Shown here: positions 1 through 12,830 of the stretch, piece after piece
Position numbering within the stretch: position 1 is the stretch's first letter
Layout of the letters: each line of letters opens with the position of its first letter
From: Laetmonice hystrix
Taxonomy: Eukaryota
Length of the DNA: 64,000 nucleotides
NCBI GenBank assembly: GCA_965235115.1
Contig: OZ249436.1
Coordinates: 46,874,001 to 46,938,000, forward strand
Direction of reading: 5' to 3'
Notes under the pieces: generated by a model
Told to the model about the DNA's origin: nothing
The model's input: the letters and a program-made list of their open reading frames with translations, nothing else
The model's database searches: none
Made by a program: the position numbers and the translations under genes

Positions 1-10
1 GAAACAAAAG

Positions 11-3000
11 ATGCAGTCATCTCAGGACACACAGAGTGCAACATCACCTCAACAGCAGCAGCCGCCACCACCACCGCCACCTCCACAGCAACAGTCTCCT
101 CAACAACAGCAGTACAACTATCATCCTTATTATCAGCAGTATGCAAACATGTATACACCCTACCAAGGCTATGGGTATGTATCTCAGCTAAACATTGAAT
201 AGAAGCTTTTCATTTCTGAAAGTTAGTGCTCAGTCTGAAATAACAGACCAAAAATGGGTTATCTTATTCTATGACCATTGTCAGTAAAGTAGTGCTTTAC
301 TAAATGCTGAGTATGAAGCTAAGGTATGTGCAGAATACTGTGGCTGAGTAAGATATGCATCCTTCTACCCCCAAAAAGGTGATATACATCTAGCATAAGG
401 CCTATGCACTGAAGTAATTTTGCAAATCTCAAACCTACTTTGCACTACTATCTTGCAGCTACTACAACAACATGCAGAACAATCATGGCCCTCCCCCAGG
501 CCCTGGCCCATATGGACCTGGCCCAGGTATGTATCATGGTTCACCTGGACCAGGCCCATATGGACCAAATATGTATGGTCCAGTAGGCCCATATGGCCCT
601 ATGGGACCAGGCCCTCGCCCTCCACCCCCTCAAGGGCCACAGCAGCAGCCTGGTCAGAGTACAGCTACAGACTCGGCAGACAAGGATACCAACCCCAAAC
701 AGATGAATGCCATTGGACCACAGGGCTCGCCCCACATGCAGGGACCAAGACAGCCAAACTCGTATAATGCTTATGGTGGTCATCAGAATTTCAGAAATAA
801 ACGTAGGTATAATTTATGTTATATGTATCCTAAAGCAGTTGCATTGTGAGACTAACAGTTTCTGTCATAAAGCTGTAATCTTCAAATGTTACAGAATAAT
901 TAGCCAAATTTTAAGTCATCTGAGATACACCAACAAATCTGGTCTCAATTTGAGATTGTCCTTAGTTAAGTCATGGTGCAATTGTTGTTGTACTATACCT
1001 GACATTTTATCATTGGTTTTCAGAAGCCCCTGGTGCTGGGGGAATCCGTTTTCAACTGCCCAAACGTAACAACATGCAACAAGGCAATGCTTTCCAGTCC
1101 TATCACCAAAACTACAACATCAAGGCTCCCCAGCAACATTCAGGCCAACAGAACTCGGCGCAGCAGGCATCACAAGATAACAAAAACAGTCAAGGCAGTA
1201 CAAAACCTGCATGTACTGACCCTACCAATATGGGAGAATGGCCTCCAGAGTTGAAAGACTATGTGACCAGAGCTTTTGCAAGTGCAACAAATGATGTTGA
1301 AAAGGATCAAGTTGAAAAATTGCTGAAGGAAAAGATTACCTACACTTTTAAAAATGGTCTTGCTAATAAAATCAATTGGGCAAAGGAGCCATTGCCACAT
1401 GAGAAAAGTTTGGAAAATAAATCTCCTCCCGTGCCTACTAAGATACAGCAAAGCATGTTGCAACACAGTATGCAAGGGAGTACCCCAAAGGCTCGGACAA
1501 CTCGTTGGGATGGAGGTCCACCTGGAGCAAGCAGACAGAGACAACAGACGCCCAGTTACTACAGCCGGCAAAGGTCTCCTCTTGGTACACAAAGAAGATC
1601 TCGGTCACGTTCTTCATCAAGGTCATATTCAAGGTCCCGCTCTCGGTCGAGATCCAGGTCTAGGACTCCGCCACATTATAGAAAGGACCGCAGGCGGAGG
1701 CGCTATTCCAGCAGTGAAAGTGACAGTTTTTCTGACGAGAGTTCCGAATCAAGTGGAAGGAGCTATGGCAATAATAGAGATATTGGAAGGGGACGTGGAA
1801 ACAATAGGGCAAGGAATAGGGGGTCTGTGCGTGGGCGGCTGCAGAACACGCCCAAAAAGGACCAAGAGAACTTCAATATGTTGAAGAAAGGGAAGAAGAG
1901 AATGAAACAACAAGGGTAGGCCTCTTACTTAACAATTAGTAAATTGGGGTCATAATCTTGCAATGCCAATGGTGAAGAAATCGCAAATGATCCTGAATCC
2001 ATGAAAACATATGTACAGATCTTCCCCAAAATCTATTTTCCCTGATACAAGACCAATCGTACCTGAAAGTTTCATGAAAATCTGTTCATTACTTTTTGAG
2101 ATATATAGACAAACAGGTAGACTGGGCTGAAAACATTTATAAACTCGTTTCACTATGTTGGCAGAGGTAATGATGACCACATGGCAAAAAAATTGTTTTT
2201 GATAACCAGTAAAAACAAACCAAATTATTTCATTGGCGTTCCTTCAGTGTCTTTTTTTCCTCTGTTTCAGTGGCAAGAATACTAGTATATTCTTTGATGG
2301 AGCTGTTGACAGTCGCAAATTGCAGAAGAGAGCAGCTCGGTTTGCAGGCACCCTTGACAGCAAAAAGACAAGAACTCAGCCTCTTACCCTTCAGATAAAT
2401 AACATCAAGACGGTAAGTTTTTTTGTGGACCTTACACGCTAATGTAAGCTGATGTCGTTTGGTAATGTCTTTAGTTTGGCCGAACGAAACCCATTTATTG
2501 GTGGTTTTTATTGTAAATGATGCCTTAACTAATTTCTCTCTCCATACAGGGAAATGAGGATGAAGAATTAGACTGGAGCCAGTTTACAATTGTCGGAACC
2601 TGCCAAGATCTTGAAAAGGGCTATCTTCGACTAACTTCTGTGAGTTTTCTCTCATCTTCCACACATTGTATAAAGACTGGTTTGTGAAATGATAAAGGAC
2701 CATGGGTATTTATTACTGCTCCCTGTTAGCTGGACAGAAATATATATGACTTGGTATTGTTTCAGGCACCGCATGCATCAACAGTGCGGCCACTATCGGT
2801 CCTAAAGCGATCACTTGCCATGGTCAAGGAGAAATGGAGGACAAAGCAAGACTATCATTATGTCTGTGAACAGTTGAAGTCCATCCGACAGGATCTTACA
2901 GTGAGTGTTACTGCCGTCTTAATAAAATGTCATGCTTGGACCATTTAAAAACCAGTACGGTAATATCAGTGTAATGTGAAACGAAAGGAGTGCTGTGAAA

Positions 3001-5006
3001 ATTCAAAAGGAGCACCTTGAGAACGAAAGTTGATTGACAAGATAATTATTTGTTGATGTTGAGTACCTGTAATAATACGAATGATGTTTGCAGGTTCAAA
3101 CGATACGTGATGAATTTTGTGTTCATGTGTACGAGACACACGGAAGGATAGCAATGGAAAAAGTGAGTAGAGTAGTAGTAAGCATTTTTGTGAAAGTAGC
3201 AAAAACATGTACATGACATTATTGTGATTTATCCTTACTGTTTAGTGTGAATCTAAATGTATTCCTTCCTCTTTAGGGTGACCATGAGGAGTTCAATCAG
3301 TGCCAAACAAACCTAAAGTTACTCTATGCTGAGGGCATCAAAGGAAGCCATATAGAGTTTCTGGCATACAGAATTCTTTACTACATCTTTACGAAGAACA
3401 GCATGGGTATCCTTCAATTATGTATAAGAACTCATTACAGCTCTTAAGTTTTCAAATTGTGATTTTGGAGTAAAGTTGTGTTATTGCCTGAAAGGTAGAT
3501 ATTTCATAAGTCTTGATATGAGTTTTGGGTGTTCACATCAATGAGTACAATTTTTGTCTACAACATCTATATACCCAGGGGACTGCAAGACTCGTAATAT
3601 ACTGGGGGGTAGTCAGTAGGATATACTGGACCTGGAAATATACTGAAAAATGAAAATTCTGATTGAAGTAATTCTGGTTAAATATAAATGAGTATGTACC
3701 CTCATGTTACAGTTTCTTTGAACCAAATGATTCCTTAACGTTTTCCTAGATATGACAACGGCATTGTCTTCACTGACGTCCGAAGCCAAGCAGGACCCAA
3801 CCATTCAACATGCCCTAGAGATTCGGTCTGCTTGGGCACTTAACAATTTCCGTAGGTTTTTCAGGTTGTACCAAAAGTCGCCCAAGATGTCTGGCTACCT
3901 TCTCGACTGGTTCCTTGAGAGAGAGAGGAAGAATGCAGTGATGTCTATGATTAAAGCGTACGTATATAAAACAGAGGAGTATAATTTACCTTTTCCCTTT
4001 CAGAGACAGCTGAAAACGACAAATCAAAGTTATGATTTTCATAATACAGATGCAGTTTATAAGCAATTTCCAAAATCTTCTCTATATATTATTAGAAGTA
4101 CTGGAATAACAAAATTGTTTGTGTATACTGTGTTAATATGCCTATATTTCCCAATAAGTTGACAAACAACCCCATTTTTGAAATCGGGAAATCCACCAAT
4201 ATTAATAGGCAGGAACAATGCCTAAAAGATCTGTCCCATCATACTCTCCCATCTTGGAATGATATCATTCCTTATCACCCCTAAGAATATAATTTCATAA
4301 ACGTTTTTATTAGGTTGAATACGATAGTTTATATGGATAAGTGTCCTGTACTCTTCTTAAAATGAATGGAATCAAACGTGTGTCGATCCTGTTGTCTTGT
4401 CAGTAAAATACATTTCCAGGTGAATTATTTGTGGCTATAAAAACTATAGACCATTTGGCTAAATTGAAATTTGTGAGGGTTTGTTATTCAAATTGCCATT
4501 CATTTGAAGCTTTTATTGTATTGCATAAATGGCTCAAGGCATTTGCTGGCCAAATAGTTAAAAAATTCTCTGATATTTATATATTGTTAACTGCATAGCA
4601 TCGCAGTTATGCGATGACCAGTGCCACATTGCTTCAAAAATAGATGCTTGAACTATAAAAACTTTCTTACATTTTCATTTTATAATGAAGACCTGTGTAT
4701 GTGATAAAATTATTTTAGGTAAGTATGTGTTTAACATAGAGAAAAGTAATGGTAAGTATGACAGGCTGGAAACATAATGAAAATGTTTTTTTAACAACTG
4801 ATGCTCTGTCAATGACATGTTTTCTTGTTGCCTCCGTTGCAAAATATAGATACCGTCCCATGCTACCTGTTGAGTTCATCGAGACCGAACTAGCTTTCCC
4901 CGGTAAGGATTGCCTCGACTTCCTTAAAGGCTTGGGCGTCACTCTTAGTGCAGACGAATTGAAAGTGGACTGCAAGGCAAGCATGAGTGCATTAGAGGGC
5001 ACGTAG
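11..5006 (+). CDS. LENG8: Leukocyte receptor cluster member 8 homolog (SAC3/GANP/THP3-family PCI protein), 10 exons visible, probably 5'-partial
   Basis: Phase-consistent GT-AG exons: <11-174, 459-802, 1024-1915, 2271-2412, 2550-2639, 2766-2900, 3094-3162, 3277-3406, 3750-3957, 4850-5006. Q/P/Y-rich N-terminus, [13 protein letters not shown], an RS tract, KLQKRAARF, then SAC3-domain motifs [97 protein letters not shown]. Confidence 0.93.
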
Positions 5007-7922
5007 GGCCAGGGAGGAGTGCCAGTCTCAGCTGGAACTCCATCTCATGCTTTGCACATCTTCAAGGTCTTTCACCTTGTCTGCAGGTGGAAGTTGGGTA
5101 CAGGTTACAACGTGGGAAGGGCCTACAGGTCATACTTCTGGTCTTTCCACCCCCACCAACGTCCGTAAACAGCTCTTGGTTTGGGCAACCGTTGCCCCAA
5201 CTGCCCAGGTCGAGCAAAGAGTTGTTTGCCACCCCTCTGTTAACACGTTGGCCCACATGATGTCGTCCCGTGGAGGTTGTCCAGTGGACAAGAAGATTGA
5301 AGACGGAAGAAGATGGTTATCTCTGGCCCAATAGGTGCTTTTGTTCCTAGACGTCTTGAGCAGGTCGTTGGTCTACTGAAGATTGTACTGGGTGTGTCGT
5401 CTGTGTCTGTTACCAGGATTCTGTGGAACGTCTGCGTCAAACATGAGGTCAGGGTGTGCTATGGTTGTCGGTTGGTTCAGATATCTGCCATGGGTGGAGT
5501 CTTGTTTTTGGTCGCTGGATCGCAAGTTTCCTTTCTCCTGCATAAAGAAGATCTTCAAGAAGGACACAAATTGCATAATCTGTGATTTTTTCCCTGACAT
5601 GTTATGAGGAGAGGTTGTGGTCAAGTTTGTTTTATTCATTTTTTTTTTAATGTCTATTTCATCACGTTGCAATCAGTCATCGGTCTGTAGAAGGATTTAG
5701 AAAGCCTTGTTCAACGTGCTCTACATATCCAGCACTTTTTGAGGTTTGTTCTTGGCCGCCAGATCTTTTAAAACAAAGTACCGAAGATTTTAGGAGTTTC
5801 AAATATTAAGCCTGGCTCAGAAGGCTTCCTGAAAACTTGGTCTTTGGTAATTTGGGTGCTCTGAAATGGTACAGTGAAAGTCGCGACTCCTGAGGATTTT
5901 CGCTTGTGGACTTTGAAATAGTTGCAAGGAGCACTTTCCCAGGTCTATTGAAGTTAAATGCTACAAGGACTCTGAAAGAAACTGAATAAAATGGACTGAA
6001 TCGACTGGATCATATGGAGTTCCATGTCCTCCGTGAATGGTTTCATCTGACAGATTTACTTTATGTTGGATAAATCTGTTTCGTTACCTTGGTAATGACC
6101 ATGGACAGTTAATAATGTGGCCATTCCAACAAGGATCACCATGATCTTCCTCACCTTGGATCTTACTGAATTACTCTACAGAAGAAAAATCTAATGGGAC
6201 ATTTTATACCTGCCGAGGCCATGATGATGTCAACCCATGGTTTCCTGGGAGTTCACGTTACGATCGGATGAAGTTTGGATGAAGTCGGGGTCCCCGCTGG
6301 ATCTCATGCTGCTGGGCAGTTACTGCCTCGAAGAAGAATTCAGCAACTCCCACTGTTTTCTCCTTCAATGTCTAACCCTTACTTTTTTCTTCTTCAGGTA
6401 TGCGTTGTCATGTACTACATTATTTTGTTACACTGCTGGATTATAGTTGATATACAGTAAAACACTTGCAGCAGCGGGGGGGTTGGGGGTTGTTTTTGTT
6501 TCCAAGATACACAGTTTAGAAAGAATGATGTACTTTTCATTATTTGGCAGTCGGTAAGATATCCATGTGGTAAATGTGTTTGTGCTAGTACAAAGTCAAA
6601 GGCGAAACGAATCTTGTTTTGGTAGGGACTTGGCACTTTTAATGAAACATGTTGTACATAATTATGCTTCAGCCATTCTAAGGTCATATTGTGTAAATAC
6701 AAATATACATGTATGTGTATATTTCAATCAGATACCCGCAGTCTTAGAACAGTTTCTTCATGGGTATGGCCCAGATATTTATATATGATACAGTGTAGTA
6801 TGCGTTTAAAGTGTCAAATCTAGTGAAGAGAATGTTGAGCAGATTTGATGCTGAAATGACGGGAATGGGGTGACTGAAATAATTTTAAATGATGACATAC
6901 AATAATCTTGATGATCTTGTCAAGGTATGGTCGAGCACATGGACAAATTACTTGAACTCGTGTATCGAATTTGATTCAGTTCAGTACAATTGAGGAAATG
7001 AAATGTATGTACACGTGTATTTATTGGAAAGAGATTAAGTGGAACCCCTTGAGTCATTTGAGGGTAAAGTGATTGCAAGAATTAAAACATTTCGTTTCAG
7101 CTGCAGAGAATGTGTGTCAAGTGAAAAATGACTCGTTAATATTAGACTGAAATCCCGATTGAACTTTTTTCCACATTTGACAGTCTAATCAGAACTGAAA
7201 TAAATGTCTCCTTGGAAATTAGTCTGGTAGATCTAATAACGCTCGTATACGTTATACAAAATTTCGAATCCTTAAGTAAATTTATTTTGTAAAATTTAGT
7301 GCCGACACTGTCGGGGAAATTCTAGGCATGAAATGGGTCATAAGCACCTGACGAAGATGCACTTGGTTGTATTCGGTGAAAGCAATGACATATCTTGGGC
7401 AAGAAACCATCGGAGGTTTGCTGGTCATGTACTTCGCACTACTTCAGGTATTACATCAAACTACATGTTTGTGATCAAGTCGAGCGGCCTCAACAGAATT
7501 GTTATTTCTCCTGTTCATGGACCATATCCGTTCAGCTTTGTCCACTTTATTAAGTCCACTTTATTGGTTAACAGAAGCAGTAAGAATTTGTTTTCTAATT
7601 TTTACTGAATTAAGTGGTTTGTTTCTTTTAGGTGCTTCCAGTACATGTGCGTAACTTTTACATGTTAGAAAGTGCTGTAAATTGGTAAGACCCAGGTCAA
7701 GCATATCCTTTCCTTAATTCTCGACTTTTCTCTTCCAGTTTTGTAATGGGTAGCGTACAAACATTCATTCATTGTAAAGCAATACTACAGAAACGGAACT
7801 TCAACCGCAGTAAGGTTCAATTGAAGTGGGGGTGTGGGTGGGGGATATATTTTACTGTACAGTTAGCATTTGGACGTGTGAGTGAGACTGTCGAGTAATA
7901 CGAGTTATGTACAAAGTAAAGC

Positions 7923-7928
7923 AATAAA
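7923..7928 (+). terminator. Probable distal poly(A) signal of LENG8 (long 3' UTR, ~2.9 kb)
   Basis: AATAAA followed ~25 nt later by a GT/T-rich element (gtgtttattt); intergenic G-tract repeats start right after. Confidence 0.55.
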
Positions 7929-9072
7929 GAAAAAATCGGCTACATACCAGAGTGTTTATTTGTACGGGGGGGGGGGGGGCATAGAACCATGAATTTTAAC
8001 TTATGAAATACGATACACCACCCTAAACTTGCCGTTGGCAACTTTAAACAAATGCGGCCCCCCCCCCCTCCTTTAGTTTAGGCCTATTTGTTCCTCGTTT
8101 TAGGGTTAGGTCGTTATGGTCTAGCTTCCCGTGTGTCGATCGTTCGAGCTTCCCGTGGGGCCAGAAATATAAAGAAGCGATGCAAGATTACAAAATTTAG
8201 AAGGCAAGTTACAGAAACAATCCTGTAATACGGGGGGGGGGGGATTTGAGATGAGCCACAGAGAGTTCTATTTCTACACCGAGGGGGGGGGGGGGGGGCT
8301 CCTCATCTTCTCCCTGAATTTGGGATCTAAAAGGGGGTCAAACTAAATATATGGTACACGTACATGTACATGGGTCTGGTAGTGGGAGGGGGATATCCGC
8401 CACTAGTCTCACCCGATCTGAAGTGAACACCATGAACTTCCATCAGTTACCCCAATTTTGCTTACGTTGTACGGATTTACATCTCTTACGACATGAGAGC
8501 GGAATACGATTTATCACAGTTCCACAAACTGATTTCTGAACATCCGTCTTGGTAGAATCATTAAAACACTATGTATGACTGGCCTCCGGCAGGGGGCGCG
8601 TCAGTCGGTGTCTGGCATCGAGTGCTATTCGTCTCGCACAGAATGGCATTTCTCCTATCATACATTGTGCACATAGTACTAGAAAAAATTCCTACCGATA
8701 CCATTGGCCTGATAAACCTTTTATTAGTTTGTGTGCAGCATTTGAAACCTATCTCGGTGCGCACCGAGATAGAGCCATTTCCTATGGTGGGGCGTGTCAG
8801 GGTCTCCACAGGCCTTCTGAGAGCCCCATTTGTGCCGTTATCCATGAAAAATTTTGTTGTGAATCTATTTTCATGATAGGTGGGATCACATAAACGTCAA
8901 CAAAATTAAAAAAAATTGAACTTTTTTTCACGAATCAATAGCACCTTTAAATAAAGGTGATGGCCGGGAGAATTGGTCACTTTGATTACGGATTACAGAC
9001 AGTTCACGTTGTTGTACAACAACCCTTCCTTTACAGAATAACGACACGGTGAGAATGAGCTAGCTCACCCCT

Positions 9073-9277
9073 GCTCAGCTCAGCTCAGCTCAGCTCAGCT
9101 CAGCTCAGCTCAGCTCAGCTCAGCTCAGCTCAGCTCAGCTCAGCTCAGCTCAGCTCAGCTCAGCTCAGCTCAGCTCAGCTCAGCTCAGCTCAGCTCAGCT
9201 CAGCTCAGCTCAGCTCAGCTCAGCTCAGCTCAGCTCAGCTCAGCTCAGCTCAGCTCAGCTCAGCTCAGCTCAGCTCA
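9073..9277. repeat. Perfect (GCTCA/CAGCT)n pentanucleotide microsatellite, ~41 copies
   Basis: Directly visible uninterrupted array between the convergent 3' ends of LENG8 and CENPM. Confidence 0.98.
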
Positions 9278-9411
9278 CGGTGCAAAAGTAAACAAACTGA
9301 TCTGTTCAACTTTAGTTAATTAGGCGTTCCCAATCCAGGAATATCAGTTAATAATAATTATAATAATAGAGAAACTGATGCTAAAACGGTTTCAAATACT
9401 ACAAATAAATA

Positions 9412-9417
9412 TTTATT
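9412..9417 (-). terminator. Probable CENPM poly(A) signal
   Basis: TTTATT on + strand (AATAAA on -), ~290 nt downstream of the CENPM stop. Confidence 0.5.
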
Positions 9418-9704
9418 TTCATCTAAAATATGAATATGTATACTGTACAAGAACTTTGTTAATATACATGTATGTGCCTGTCTATACCCAAGTTCTACGA
9501 GTTACACTCAGTGCTGTTATTTCACATGTTTGTGAGGCTGAAGCAACTTGTTGATCAAGTATTCAGACATGAACTGTCTGCTTCAAAGACATGGTACGAT
9601 GGAAGCCTGGGACTACTTGTCCGCTGGAGACCAATCTGAACTCCTGTAACAGGTGCCCCTGGACTCCCCAACTCCCCGGACTCCCGGTGGTGTACAGGGA
9701 CCCG

Positions 9705-12316
9705 TCACAGAGACTCTGTCTGGTACGGTGTCTTGGTCGAGTCCACTAATAAGGAGGACACGTAGGGGTGGAAGCCGGCAGACAAGGACGCCATCTGGAG
9801 GATTTGACGTGCCACGATCTGCCGACTGGACTCGTCCTGCAGCAGTCACAAACCACATCAATCAGGCAGCAAATAAATATAGCAGCAATAGTCATTGTTT
9901 TGGACTTCGTTACACTGAAAGATGTGAACCGTAATTCTGGTGTGAATTTCAAATGACTTACATTTTTAACCCCGTAGAAATTGTATTTTATTGTGAGAAT
10001 AGTCTGAGTAAAGAATGTAGATTGAGTAAAGAATGTAGATTATAAGGATAGAGGATTGTCAGGTACAATTCTGTATGTCATTCCCCGGTAATCGCAGCGT
10101 TGAATCATCCCTAACACAAGGTAGTTTTCCTTTAATATCTCAAAAGTAACAAATTTTACTCCTCACTTGGCAAAGATCTCGCTCACCTCTAGATTGGCTG
10201 TTAGGATCTGACAGTGGTAGGAATCGGCTAGTTGCGTGGCAGTTTCCATGGCAACATTCTGTGCCTCCCAGTCTTCCCCTGAAAATGCAGTAAAAACTCT
10301 CTTCACATACATGTCTTCCTTACCCTAATTATTCCCATACTCTGCCTTCTCCTTCTCTCCCTCTTGTCTTTCTCAGGTAAATTTAACTTTCAAATAATTA
10401 TAGCAGAAATGACAGTCTATACTTCATGTACCTGTAACACAGCTCAAACACACAGTCAGAACCATTAAAATAGGCTTATAATATAGTAAGACTTGTGGAA
10501 GTCGATCTTTGGAATCTAACCCCAAGCTTGATCAATACTGAGTGTGGTAAACATGAGTAATAACACTAACCTCTTATTGCTACGAAACAACATTTGCCAA
10601 GAAAAAATCTGACATCGATATTCCTCAGAGACTCTTCAAGGACTGCGATACTGAAAATTTCAGGCAAAGATATGAAAATGCACTAGAGTAAAATATCTTT
10701 TTCATCAATTGAAAACCTCTCACTATTTACCTGGTAAAGAGGGGGGGGATCTAAATCAATTCTCCACATACATTTGTACTATGATTTGAAAGAATTTTTC
10801 TGCTTCATTTAAAAAAAAAAGATGTCATGGTACATGGTTCTAGAACGCCACCTACTGAGAAAGATGAGAAAAACTGTAAACATAAATCCAGATTTGTGAT
10901 GTGCATCAGAGGCAAGCCTGATGCCCCTCCACATGGTGTAAAAACATATTTCCCCCCCAATAATCTCTTCATATTTTAAATATGGCAGATTTAAATTGAG
11001 AGGTTGGCTTGCGTGTACAATTTCCTTGTAATGCTGAAAAGATTTGTCAGGGAGTGATGCACCTTTTCCTACTGGTGAGATCCATCAAGAAGACGACCAG
11101 ATCAATTCTCGGTCTGCGTGCAGCATTCTCCTCTGACAGGGGAAGCCGGGTCGCTGTGCGACTACAACAAATGGCAACAATGACTTTCATAACGTGAATA
11201 CTGCTACATTACAGGCCAGTTAGCCCCTAGTAGTTAGCCCCCAACTATAGGCACATACACAGAGCTTTGCATACCTGATTGGCCTGTGAAATACCCCTAA
11301 AAATATCACTTTAAAAAAAACAAATTGTAGGAGAAAATCACTGTTGACATAATAAGATAAAGTATCATTTGCCTGTCTAGTCCACAGATTTTCACAGATG
11401 AAAACAATTTAGATTATTGATTTAACAGGAATATTCATATTAACAGGACGGTAAATAGTGCAAATAAACTACTTTGAAAGTACCTACACTTGCAGTGAAT
11501 AAGTGGTCCTGGTCTCCACCATGGCTTTAGCCAAGTCATGTTTCATTGTTCCTTGGTCGCCAACAATCTGAAATATGGTAACATTTAAAACTACAGCATA
11601 ATAGTCTAAATTAAAACCTAACAAGTTAACAAAAATCAATCTTTTTTAATTTTTTTTTATTTGACACCAATTTTACAGGAGTGTATTAGATCTATAGTAG
11701 GCATAGGTCTAACTATAGTCGATATAGCTATACTACTACTAGCTTATTATTCAGATCCGAACTGAAGCCGAGTGAAGGGATAGTCTTAATTTCTGGACCA
11801 AGTTGTGGCCTGGGCCAGGCTGGGGCAGTGGGGTTAGGCCTATAGCTATGTATGTCTGATCATGTACACAAAATTTAATGTTTCCACAGACATTGGAAGA
11901 AACTACATCTAGAAACTGTATCACACTCAACGCCACAGCCCACACTCTGCCATGCTGATGCTAGCAACTGTACCAGGCGCGGATTTTTTTTTAGGGGGGG
12001 GGGGGGCACTGGCTGCCATGGCCCAGTCACGGGGGGGGGGGGGGGGTACGCTACTTGCCCCGGCAGTCGGGCCCTCGACGCCGGGTAGCGGAGCTCTCGA
12101 CGCCGGGGGGCCGCGCGGAGAACATATGATGGAGAATACTGGGCGGAGAAGGGACGGGACGGAGATGTCCGGGCACCGAGTCGAGTGTGACCGGTGACTG
12201 TCTTGTGCTGGAAATTGGAATTCAAAGCCGAAGCGGTGAAGCTAAACTTGCCATAAACTCACACTCACCAGCACAGACGCTGTATTGACATTCGGAAGTT
12301 TGTTTAGTGTGCACAT
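9705..12316 (-). CDS. CENPM: Centromere protein M (pseudo-GTPase subunit of CENP-HIKM), 6 exons, ~176 aa
   Basis: Exons 12316-12269, 11567-11488, 11161-11063, 10650-10571, 10278-10187, 9836-9705; all GT-AG, phase-consistent, 531 nt. Translation: MCTLNKLPNVNTASVL IVGDQGTMKHDLAKAMVETRTTYSLQV RTATRLPLSEENAARRPRIDLVVFLMDLTSRKS IAVLEESLRNIDVRFFLGKCCFVAIRG EDWEAQNVAMETATQLADSYHCQILTANLE DESSRQIVARQILQMASLSAGFHPYVSSLL... This matches remembered CENP-M motifs (KLPxxNTAxxL, RPRIDL, EESLRxVDxxFFLGK, AGxxPxVSxL). Start codon is less certain. Confidence 0.9.
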
Positions 12317-12429
12317 TATTGGTTCTGTCACCGGCGCATTTGATTTCAATCAAAGACGTTCAAACTCCCCGCCACTGAATGACTGAATGCTGCCATCAGT
12401 CGGTCCCTCTGTCTGAGGTCAATGTTACC

Positions 12430-12720
12430 TCTCAGGAGCAGATGCCATTTCCTTCCGGTAGTTTCGCTGTCAAGGCGAATAGCTTTCTTTCATATATTAT
12501 TTTTCAACCAATTCGGATGTACTTTAATCGAAACAAAACAAAAATAGCAGAAAAATGGATCGGCATAACTCCATTTGATGCGCTTTCTAGGCCTAACGTG
12601 GCCTTTCTAAAGCACTCGTAATCTGACAAAAAATCAACAAACGCCATCTAGCGGGAGTAGGTCAGACGGCGGCCCGAGGTCGCGCATGCGCGGTAGGAAC
12701 TAGTTTGGGTGCTTCCGTCT
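12430..12720. promoter_or_regulatory. Bidirectional promoter between CENPM (-) and RRN3 (+)
   Basis: Head-to-head gene arrangement; CpG-rich patch; NRF1 palindrome GCGCATGCGC at 12682-12691; CGCCATCTAGCGG (YY1/CTCF-like) at 12642-12654; ETS-like CTTCCG motifs. Confidence 0.7.
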
Positions 12721-12830
12721 ACAAAAGAACACTCTCCACATGTGCTATGTCAAGCTTGAGGAACTTTGTGAGACTTTCTGGCAGACTCAGACGTTTCTGA
12801 CATTACCAGACGTGATTCAGGCAGTACATG
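12700..12830 (+). other. RRN3: Non-coding first exon of RRN3 (5' end approximate)
   Basis: Perfect donor ATG|GTGAGT at 12830/12831 just downstream of the promoter motifs; pairs with acceptor TTGCAG| at 14476 upstream of the RRN3 ATG (14484). Confidence 0.65.

Noticed and set aside
3958..4162. Extension of LENG8 ORF 3752-4162 beyond IKAY
   Set aside because: Read-through into the terminal intron; homology resumes at exon 4850 (YRP...). Relevant only if the intron is retained.
5047..5672. Overlapping 64-99 aa ORFs downstream of the LENG8 stop
   Set aside because: No recognisable protein similarity or coherent gene structure; treated as 3' UTR.
10324..10431. Cryptic exon in CENPM intron 4 (TTACAG|...AGG|GTAAGG)
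   Set aside because: Would leave a downstream intron of only ~45 nt, and CENP-M is complete without it.
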